Source: Bacillota bacterium
GTDB lineage: Bacteria; Bacillota; Clostridia; Peptostreptococcales; Anaerovoracaceae
NCBI GenBank assembly: GCA_022769485.1
Contig: JALEJU010000032.1
Location: 16,440-80,439, forward strand
Direction: 5' to 3'
Length of the DNA stretch: 64,000 nucleotides
The notes beneath the pieces are model-generated. The model saw only the letters and a list, made by a program, of their open reading frames with translations, made no database searches and had not been told where the DNA came from. The position numbers were made by a program, and so were the translations under genes. Positions within the stretch are counted from its first letter, which is position 1. Every line of letters starts with the position of its first letter. Below, in pieces: positions 30,151 through 37,918 of this stretch.

Positions 30151-31260
30151 ATGAGCGGAATGGAACGGCACCTGTTTCCGGGAAACAACACGCCGTCAGG
30201 CTTTTTTTCTTATTACGAATATATTTTAAACCAGGATGAAGGGCAGAAAATCTACTGTTTGAAGGGCGGTCCTGGCGTAGGAAAATCCACTTTGATCGGT
30301 AGAATCGGAAAACGGTTTCTTGAACAGGGAGAAGATGTAGATTTTTTCCATTGTTCCGCAGATCGGAATTCATTGGATGCGATCCTGCTGAAAAAGCGAA
30401 ATATAGCCGTATTGGACGGCACATCGCCTCATGTAATAGATCCGGTGAACCCGGGAGCGGTGGATACCATTGTCAATCTGGGAGATTGCTGGAATGAACA
30501 CGGGATTCGGGCAAACCGCCACCGGATTATAGAGAGTCATAAGCGATGCTCTTCGCTGTTTTCAGGAGCATATCATTACCTGGCGGCAGCAGAACAGCTT
30601 TACGATAATCTGCGGGAAATCTATTCTTTCCGCATAAAACCGGAAGAGTATACAAAATTGGCGGCGGGGTGGATTGGAAAAGAGCTTGCGCATAAACAGA
30701 TTGCTTCACGGCGAGGAGCAACTAAGAAGTTTTTTGCTTGTGCAGTCACACCGCAGGGAATCGTAAGCGAACTTTCTTCTCTCCTAAATTGTGTGAAGAA
30801 AGTGTACCGTATCGAAACCTGTGTGGGTCTGGAGCCGGAGAGAATATTGAAACCGTTTGCTGAAAGCGCTTTAAATCGGGGATTTGATCTGGAATTGTAC
30901 TACTCTCCGTTGAAACCGGAAACAGGGCTGGAACACATTATTTGTCCGGAATTGGGTCTTGCCCTTATAACGGATTCCGATTTGCAGCATTGGAGTGGTG
31001 CGGAAGACGGAAGAAAACAGGAAATAATTACGGTAAATCTATGCGAAAAAGCGGGAACTGTGATTTCAGGAGCATTAGCGGAACTGGAGCGGGACAGCAG
31101 GGAACGCTTTTATCCGCTGTTGGATCAGGCGGTATACTGCTTGTCTAAGGCGAAAGAAGAGCATGACCGCCTTGAGAGTTATTATATTCCACATATTGAT
31201 TTTGACAAAGTCAGAAACCTTGAAAAGCAGATTACAGAAGAAATTTCCGAGATGGGGTAA
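30151..31260 (+). CDS. P-loop ATPase of the uncharacterised PRK06851-like family
   Basis: FPGNNTPSGFFSYYEYIL followed by Walker A GGPGVGKST. GGAGG lies 6 nt before ATG 30151. The family assignment is from memory. Confidence 0.65.
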   Translation: MSGMERHLFPGNNTPSGFFSYYEYILNQDEGQKIYCLKGGPGVGKSTLIGRIGKRFLEQGEDVDFFHCSADRNSLDAILLKKRNIAVLDGTSPHVIDPVNPGAVDTIVNLGDCWNEHGIRANRHRIIESHKRCSSLFSGAYHYLAAAEQLYDNLREIYSFRIKPEEYTKLAAGWIGKELAHKQIASRRGATKKFFACAVTPQGIVSELSSLLNCVKKVYRIETCVGLEPERILKPFAESALNRGFDLELYYSPLKPETGLEHIICPELGLALITDSDLQHWSGAEDGRKQEIITVNLCEKAGTVISGALAELERDSRERFYPLLDQAVYCLSKAKEEHDRLESYYIPHIDFDKVRNLEKQITEEISEMG

Positions 31261-31287
31261 AACTGACAGAAAAGAACTTTGGCAATC

Positions 31288-31316
31288 TTGCTATCCTGCC
31301 GTAAAACGGATATAAT
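31288..31316 (+). promoter_or_regulatory. sigma-A type promoter for the racemase/ligase operon
   Basis: TTGCTA, a 17-nt spacer, then TATAAT (31311-31316). Confidence 0.55.
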
Positions 31317-31363
31317 GGAAAAACGCAGAATATTTTGGTTACATGTGACGGAGAACCGCATTT

Positions 31364-32470
31364 ATGCAGGAAAATCAATTGCAGAAGCAGTATCCGCGTT
31401 TGGTTGTGGATCTGAAAAAATTGAGACATAATATTGACGAAATTGTCGATCGCTGCGCCGGCTGCGGGATCGCTGCAACCGGCGTGGTAAAGGGATTTAA
31501 CGGGCTTCCGGAAATTTTGAGCGTATATAAGGATTGCGGCACCCTGGGCATTGCGTCCTCCCGGCTGGAACACCTGGAGCAGGCCGGAAAGCTGGGACTG
31601 AAAGGGCCGTTTCTCAGTATCAGAATTCCCATGCTGTCCGAAATCCCCGATCTGGTTCGTATTGCCGATTGGAGCTTAGAAAGCGAGCGTATCGTTTTAG
31701 AAGCAATCGAAGATGAATGCCGCAGACAGAAGCGGCGGCATGGTGCGATCCTCATGGTGGATTTGGGGGATCTTCGGGAAGGGTTTTGGAATAAAGAGGA
31801 ACTGCTGGCTTTGGCCGAGGAAACAGAGCGGAAGTTTGAATGGATCGATTTAATCGGAATCGGTACAAACTTGAATTGTTACGGTTCTATTGCGCCTACG
31901 GCGGAAAACCTGCAGCAGCTGGTGGATTTGGCGCGGCAAGTAGAAATTCGTATCGGAAGAAAACTGCAGATTGTCTCCGGAGGAAGCACGACTTCGCTTC
32001 CCCTGGTATACAAAGGGGCAATGCCGCGGGGAATAAACCATCTTCGAATTGGAGAAGCCATGCAGACCGCTGCGGATTTGGAGGCGTTCTGGGGAGTTTC
32101 TACACCGGAGCTGCACAAAGATGTTTTTACATTGCAGGCGGAAATCGTGGAATTAAAGGACAAGCCATCGTATCCGGTAGGTGAAATCCGTGTAGACGGA
32201 TTCGGAAAGACAGAATCAAAATATGTGGATCGGGGGATTCGGCGGCGGGCTATTGCAGCTGTCGGGCGGTTGGATTTTTCCTTCTGCAGCCAGCTTCTTC
32301 CGGTAAATTCAGGAATTGAAGTTCTGGGTGCTTCCAGTGACCATCTCATTCTGGATGTGGAGGAAGCCAAAAATGAAATCAAAATGGGCTCTATCGTAGA
32401 GTTTCGTATGTACTACGGGCCGATGCTCTATTTGACCAATTCGGGATACATATCATTGGTTTATAAATAG
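31364..32470 (+). CDS. alanine-racemase-fold PLP enzyme (ornithine/lysine racemase-like, YhfX-like)
   Basis: N-terminal TIM-barrel pattern with the candidate PLP lysine in TGVVKGFNG, then a C-terminal beta domain. The size and layout resemble the ornithine/lysine racemase group rather than Alr. Confidence 0.7.
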   Translation: MQENQLQKQYPRLVVDLKKLRHNIDEIVDRCAGCGIAATGVVKGFNGLPEILSVYKDCGTLGIASSRLEHLEQAGKLGLKGPFLSIRIPMLSEIPDLVRIADWSLESERIVLEAIEDECRRQKRRHGAILMVDLGDLREGFWNKEELLALAEETERKFEWIDLIGIGTNLNCYGSIAPTAENLQQLVDLARQVEIRIGRKLQIVSGGSTTSLPLVYKGAMPRGINHLRIGEAMQTAADLEAFWGVSTPELHKDVFTLQAEIVELKDKPSYPVGEIRVDGFGKTESKYVDRGIRRRAIAAVGRLDFSFCSQLLPVNSGIEVLGASSDHLILDVEEAKNEIKMGSIVEFRMYYGPMLYLTNSGYISLVYK

Positions 32471-32499
32471 GTTGCGGCAGATAAAAGGGAGGCGTAAAA

Positions 32500-33708
32500 A
32501 TGGGAGAAAAAAAGGCGTTTGTTCCTCTTCTCTTTGCAGGGGATATCAATGTATACAGTTTAGCCAGAGCGTTTCATGAAGCATATGGAATAAAACCGTA
32601 TGCTTACGGAAAATATCAGACAGGCCCCTGTTGGGAAAGTAAAATTATGCACTACCGGGCGAACCCCAGAGCGGACGAAAAAGATACTTTTATCCGGCTG
32701 GTTTCGGAATTTGCCAGAGAGCATGAAAAGATACAGGTTCTGCTTATGGGCTGCGGGGACAGCTATGTACAGCTGATCAGCGAAAACCGGGAGCATTTCC
32801 CGGAGAATGTAGTAGTGCCTTATATTCCTGCCGATATGATGAACGATCTGATTCATAAAGAAAAGTTTTACGCTTTGTGTGAAAAAGTAGGGGTGGATTA
32901 CCCGGACACCTTTGTGCACCGCAAAGAAATGGGGCACGATTTTACGCTTCCCTTCGGTGGGCCGTTTATCATAAAGCCGTCCAACGGAATCGAGTATTGG
33001 AGGCATCCGTATCCTACGCAGAAGAAGGTGTATAAGGAAGATACTATCGACGATGTAAAACGGGTTCTGGACGACATTTACGGCGCCGGTTACGAAGACA
33101 GCGTGATCATTCAAAATTTTATTCCCGGTGACGATACTTACATGCGGGTTTTGACCAATTATTCGGACAAGCACGGAAAGGTAAAACTCATGTGCTTAGG
33201 GCATGTACTTCTGGAAGAGCATACCCCTCACGGATTGGGGAACCACGCGGTTATCCTTACGGAAGCAAACGAGGAACTGCAGGAGCGGTATAAAACGCTT
33301 CTGGAGGAAATGGGATATGTAGGCTTTTCCAATTTCGATATTAAATACGACCAGCGGGACGGAAAATACAAGGCGTTTGAAATCAACACCCGGCAGGGTC
33401 GAAGCAACTTCTATGTAACCGGCGCCGGCGCAAACATTGCGGAATATGTGGTAAAAGACTGGATTTACGATGAACCGTTAAATTTTCGGGCAGTCAACCA
33501 GGAATCTCTCTGGCTGGTTGTCCCCAAAGGAGTCGCATTCCGATATATCAAGCCGAAGAAGTATCAGGAACGCATGAAACAGCAGATCCGGCTGGGAAAT
33601 GTGGTGAATCCTCTGTACTATGGCCCGGACAATGGCTTAAAGCGTCGTTTGAGGTTATTTAAATCGCAGATAGGGCATTACGTTAAGTTTAAGAAGTACC
33701 TGAAATAG
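32500..33708 (+). CDS. ATP-grasp carboxylate-amine ligase, D-aspartate ligase (Aslfm)-like
   Basis: ATP-grasp motifs (IIKPSNG, IIQNFIPGDD, FEINTRQGRS). The layout matches my recollection of Enterococcus faecium D-aspartate ligase, and an aspartate racemase gene lies adjacent. Confidence 0.65.
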   Translation: MGEKKAFVPLLFAGDINVYSLARAFHEAYGIKPYAYGKYQTGPCWESKIMHYRANPRADEKDTFIRLVSEFAREHEKIQVLLMGCGDSYVQLISENREHFPENVVVPYIPADMMNDLIHKEKFYALCEKVGVDYPDTFVHRKEMGHDFTLPFGGPFIIKPSNGIEYWRHPYPTQKKVYKEDTIDDVKRVLDDIYGAGYEDSVIIQNFIPGDDTYMRVLTNYSDKHGKVKLMCLGHVLLEEHTPHGLGNHAVILTEANEELQERYKTLLEEMGYVGFSNFDIKYDQRDGKYKAFEINTRQGRSNFYVTGAGANIAEYVVKDWIYDEPLNFRAVNQESLWLVVPKGVAFRYIKPKKYQERMKQQIRLGNVVNPLYYGPDNGLKRRLRLFKSQIGHYVKFKKYLK

Positions 33709-33720
33709 GGAGGATTGGAT

Positions 33721-34431
33721 ATGTGGGAAAGGAACGATAAGGTTTTAGGTGTAATCGGCGGAATGGGGCCTTTGGCGACGCAGCTTTTTTACCGGCAGGT
33801 AATTGACAGGACTGTGGCTTGTCGGGATCAGGATCATATCGACATGATTCTTTTAAACCACGCTACTATGCCGGATCGAACGGCGGCCATTCTCAGCGGA
33901 AAAACGGAAGAGTTGTTCGCACTGCTGCTGACCGATGCAAAAAAGCTGGAAGCTCTGGGAGCCGTGGCCATCGCTATCCCCTGCAATACATCCCATTATT
34001 TTGTGCCCCGGCTGCAGGAGCAGCTGTCCATTCCCATTATTCACATGATTCGGGAGGCTGCGAAAGAAGTGGCATCCCGGGGGAAAGCGGAGCGTGTGGG
34101 AATTCTGGCTACAGACGGGACGATTCAAAGCGGAATGTACCAAAAAGCCTGCCGGGAGGCGGGGTTAACGCCTGTGGTTCCCACCAGAGAAAAACAGGCG
34201 TTGGTAATGAAGATCATTTATGACGGTGTAAAAAACGGCGGGACTATCGATTATAACGACTTTATTGCTGTCGAGGGAGATCTGGCGGCGCAGGGCTGTC
34301 AGGCGGCGATTCTGGCCTGTACGGAATTGTCGTGCTTTAAGGAAATGTATCATTTGCCGAATTATTATGTGGACGCAATGGAAGTTTTAGCAGTTCGTTC
34401 CATCGAGGCATGCGGAAAGAGAGTGAAGTAG
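33721..34431 (+). CDS. aspartate racemase (Asp/Glu/hydantoin racemase family)
   Basis: GVIGGMGPLAT, with the two catalytic cysteine regions IPCNTSH and LACTELS. GGGAGGA lies before ATG 33721. Confidence 0.85.
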   Translation: MWERNDKVLGVIGGMGPLATQLFYRQVIDRTVACRDQDHIDMILLNHATMPDRTAAILSGKTEELFALLLTDAKKLEALGAVAIAIPCNTSHYFVPRLQEQLSIPIIHMIREAAKEVASRGKAERVGILATDGTIQSGMYQKACREAGLTPVVPTREKQALVMKIIYDGVKNGGTIDYNDFIAVEGDLAAQGCQAAILACTELSCFKEMYHLPNYYVDAMEVLAVRSIEACGKRVK

Positions 34432-34436
34432 AGAAT

Positions 34437-35942
34437 ATGAAACTGAAGAAATATATTGATATGCTGGAGCGGGAAGATTTGCTGCGGGAAACGTCTTCCT
34501 GCGGGAAATGCGTAGAACAGGAAGTGGAATATCTTTCCTTTGATTCAAAGGACATGAGAGAAAACGGCCTTTTTGTCTGCAAGGGAGCGCATTTTAAACC
34601 GGAATACTTACAGGAAGCTTTAAACAGAGGCGCTTTCTGCTATTTAGCAGAGCAAGCCGTCCCCATAGAAGGAAACGTTCCTTTTGTATTGGTAACGGAT
34701 ATTCGGAAAGCTATGGCTCTTTTGGCAAATGCGTATTATAAAGAGGCGTGGAGAGAACTGAAAACCATCGGCATTACGGGAACAAAGGGAAAATCAACAA
34801 CGACGTATTATGTACGTTCGATTTTAGACAGTTATCTGGAATCCCAGGGAAAGCCAAAAAGTGCGGTTATCTCCGGAATTGACGTGTACGACGGCGTGAT
34901 CTGCGAGGAATCACATTTAACCACACCGGAGGCGATAGCCCTGCACCGGCATTTTCGCAATGCGGTGGATTCGGGGATTTCTTATGTGGAAATGGAGGTT
35001 TCCAGCCAGGCTCTCCGATATTACAGAACCTTGGGAATTCAATATGATGTGGGCTGTTTCCTGAATATCGGAACCGACCATATCAGCCCGATTGAGCATA
35101 AAGACTTCGATGATTATTTTGACGCCAAGCTGACACTGATGAAGCAGTGCAGGACGGCCTGCGTAAATCTCAATGCGGATCATTGTCAGGAGGTCTGCGA
35201 TACAGCCAGGGAACATGCGGATCTTTCCACATTCGGAACGGACGAGCGGGCGGATTACTATGCTCACCATATTGTGAAAACGGAGCGGGGAATCGCTTTT
35301 TCTGTGCGTATGGCTGCGAAAAACAGGAAACCGGAGCGAAATGAGAATTTTACGCTCAGTATGCCGGGGTTGTTCAATGTGGATAATGCGTTGGCCGCTA
35401 TCAGCATTTGCGATGCGCTGGATGTTCCCGTGCAGTATATGAAAGAGGGACTGGAAAAGGCCGCTGTTCCGGGGAGGATGGAAGTGTTCCGGGGGGGAGC
35501 GGGTTCTCCTACTGTAATCGTGGATTACGCCCATAACCGTATGAGCTTCGAAAAGTTGTTTACATCGGCGATTCGGGAATATCCGGACAAGAAAATTATA
35601 TCCATTTACGGCTGTCCTGGTAAAAAAGCGCAGGCAAGGCGTAAAGAGCTGGCTGAAATTGCCGGTCGCTATGCGGCAGTGGTTTATGTAACGGAGGAAG
35701 ACGCGGGGGAGGAACCTGTGGAATCCATCTGCAGGGAAATTGCAGCTAACCTGAGAGGGCTGCCCTGCCGCTGTGAGATCATCACGGATCGGGGAGAGGC
35801 CATCCGCAAAGCCATTGAAGAAAGCGGCGAGGATACGTTGATTCTTGTGACCGGAAAGGGGAGGGAAACACGGCAGAAGCGCGGTGTGGAGTACATCGAC
35901 TGTCCTTCCGATGTAGAGTATGTAGAACGTTATTTAAAATAG
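34437..35942 (+). CDS. murE: MurE-like UDP-N-acetylmuramoyl-tripeptide synthetase without the DNPR (meso-DAP) motif
   Basis: Mur-ligase P-loop GITGTKGKSTT, and DYAHN. At the position of the E. coli DNPR motif the sequence reads EDAG (35697-35708). Confidence 0.8.
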   Translation: MKLKKYIDMLEREDLLRETSSCGKCVEQEVEYLSFDSKDMRENGLFVCKGAHFKPEYLQEALNRGAFCYLAEQAVPIEGNVPFVLVTDIRKAMALLANAYYKEAWRELKTIGITGTKGKSTTTYYVRSILDSYLESQGKPKSAVISGIDVYDGVICEESHLTTPEAIALHRHFRNAVDSGISYVEMEVSSQALRYYRTLGIQYDVGCFLNIGTDHISPIEHKDFDDYFDAKLTLMKQCRTACVNLNADHCQEVCDTAREHADLSTFGTDERADYYAHHIVKTERGIAFSVRMAAKNRKPERNENFTLSMPGLFNVDNALAAISICDALDVPVQYMKEGLEKAAVPGRMEVFRGGAGSPTVIVDYAHNRMSFEKLFTSAIREYPDKKIISIYGCPGKKAQARRKELAEIAGRYAAVVYVTEEDAGEEPVESICREIAANLRGLPCRCEIITDRGEAIRKAIEESGEDTLILVTGKGRETRQKRGVEYIDCPSDVEYVERYLK

Positions 35943-36005
35943 GGGTTAAAGGGGAGGTCCTCCGAACCCATCGGAAAGCCTTTCTGTTTTTAGCAAGAGG
36001 GAGAA

Positions 36006-37781
36006 ATGAAAAAAAGGGGAATTTTCGCGGTTTGCGCCGCTTTAGCGGTTCTGGTGCCGACGGTTTTGGGAGGCTTTGCCGTAAATGCGTTTGCGGCGGA
36101 TAACGATAAAGGGGATCGATTAAGGGGCGTATGGGTAGCTACGGTTTACCGATTGGATTATCCGAAAACCGCAAGTACAGACGAAGCGGTTTTAAAACGG
36201 CAGGCTGACGAAATTCTGGACGGAGCCGCTTCTATGGGATTGAACGCGGTATTTTTTCAGGTTCGGCCCGGCTCGGATGCTTTTTACGATTCAAAGATTT
36301 ACCCTTGGAGTCAATATTTGACAGGAACGCAGGGAACTGCGCCGGAAAACGGCTTTGATCCGTTGGAATATTGGACAGAAGGCGCTCATGCCAGAGGAAT
36401 GGAACTGCATGCCTGGATCAATCCTTATCGAATTACGAAAAACGGAGATTCTGAGTATGCGTCTCTGGCGGAGGAAAATCCGGCAAAGCAGCACCCGGAC
36501 TATGTAATCCGCAGCACGGACGGGAATTATTATTATGATCCGGCCGTGCCGGAAGTGCGGGATTTGGTGGTAGAAGGGGCTTTGGAAATCGTAAATCATT
36601 ACGACGTGGACGGAATCCATTTAGATGATTACTTCTATCCTTCTCAGGACTTTCCGGATGACGAATCGTTTGCCTGTTACGGAGAAGGGTTTGCGGATAA
36701 AGGCGACTGGCGCAGAGAAAACGTAAATCTCTTAATAAAGGATCTGGATCGGCAGCTTCACGCGGCAGACCCGAATCTGTCTTTCGGAGTAAGCCCTTCG
36801 GGTATCTGGGCAAATAAAAGCACAAGACCGGAAGGAAGCGATACGAGGGGAAGTGAATCGTATAACAAGCAGTATGCGGATACCAGAGCCTGGGTCAAAG
36901 AAGGCTGGGTAGATTACATTGCTCCGCAGATTTACTGGAATATTGGATATTCTGTTGCGGATTACAAAATTCTGACGGAGTGGTGGAATGACGCTGTGGA
37001 CGGCACAGATACGGAGCTTTACATCGGCATGGCCGATTACCGCACGGTGGATGCGGCAGCCGAAAGCGCTTTTTACGGAACCGGGGAGATTAAACGGCAG
37101 CTTGATTTGAATCGTACATATGATAATGTTTCGGGAGAAATTCATTTCCGTTACGGCTCTCTGGTCAGCGGAGAGGGACTGGATCAAATGCTGGCTTCTT
37201 ATTATCGGTTCGAATCGGGAATTCGGTTTTCTGATCTTTCCGAAAGCAAGTGGGCGGAAGATTATATCTATAAACTGGCAGAACAAGGTATTGTCAACGG
37301 CATGGGCGAAAACCGCTTTGCTCCGGCTGCTTCCGTAAAACGAAGCGAGTATATTAAGATGCTCATGAATACCTTTGGATATGACAGTGATCCGTTTGTC
37401 TCCGGCAAGGCAGTGTATACGGATGTGCCGGATTCTTATTGGGGGTATCGCTGGATTGCCTGCGCAAAAGAGCAGGGAATTCTTGAAAACAGCGCGGCAT
37501 TTCGGCCGGAAGAGCCCATCACCCGCGAGGATATGGCGCTGTATTCATATCGGGCGATAAAAGGAACGGGGACGCTGCTTGGTTCCGGTTCAAAAGAAAT
37601 TGCTTTTGCGGATGAGAATGAAATTTCACCCGCGGCTGAAAACGCTGTGCGAATGTTAGTGGGAGCGGGTGTTTTAAACGGATATCCGGACGGAAGCTTC
37701 GGGGCGAAGAAAACCAGTACTCGGGCAGAAGCGTGCAAAGTAATCTGCGTTTTGCTGGATGCGTATAGCGAATCCCATTAG
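36006..37781 (+). CDS. secreted glycoside-hydrolase-like (GHL10/DUF187) protein with C-terminal SLH domains
   Basis: A signal peptide, then LRGVWVATV...LNAVFFQVRP...HAWINPYR, typical of GHL10. The C-terminal repeats FSDL..WAEDYIYKLAEQGIVNG, YTDVP..YWGYRWI and FADE..ISPAAENAV look like SLH domains. Confidence 0.75.
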   Translation: MKKRGIFAVCAALAVLVPTVLGGFAVNAFAADNDKGDRLRGVWVATVYRLDYPKTASTDEAVLKRQADEILDGAASMGLNAVFFQVRPGSDAFYDSKIYPWSQYLTGTQGTAPENGFDPLEYWTEGAHARGMELHAWINPYRITKNGDSEYASLAEENPAKQHPDYVIRSTDGNYYYDPAVPEVRDLVVEGALEIVNHYDVDGIHLDDYFYPSQDFPDDESFACYGEGFADKGDWRRENVNLLIKDLDRQLHAADPNLSFGVSPSGIWANKSTRPEGSDTRGSESYNKQYADTRAWVKEGWVDYIAPQIYWNIGYSVADYKILTEWWNDAVDGTDTELYIGMADYRTVDAAAESAFYGTGEIKRQLDLNRTYDNVSGEIHFRYGSLVSGEGLDQMLASYYRFESGIRFSDLSESKWAEDYIYKLAEQGIVNGMGENRFAPAASVKRSEYIKMLMNTFGYDSDPFVSGKAVYTDVPDSYWGYRWIACAKEQGILENSAAFRPEEPITREDMALYSYRAIKGTGTLLGSGSKEIAFADENEISPAAENAVRMLVGAGVLNGYPDGSFGAKKTSTRAEACKVICVLLDAYSESH

Positions 37782-37874
37782 AATATCAGCGCTGCGGAAA
37801 AGGTGCTCGCAGCAGAGGCTAAGTCGGAGCGCTTTTTCAGAGAATTGAAAAGAATAAGAATATGGTTTTAAAGT

Positions 37875-37907
37875 AAAACCCGTCACTTTTTAAAAGCGGC
37901 GGGTTTT
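37875..37907. terminator. bidirectional terminator between convergent genes
   Basis: AAAACCCG (37875-37882) pairs with CGGGTTTT (37900-37907). Confidence 0.65.
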
Positions 37908-37918
37908 ATGTTTAACAG

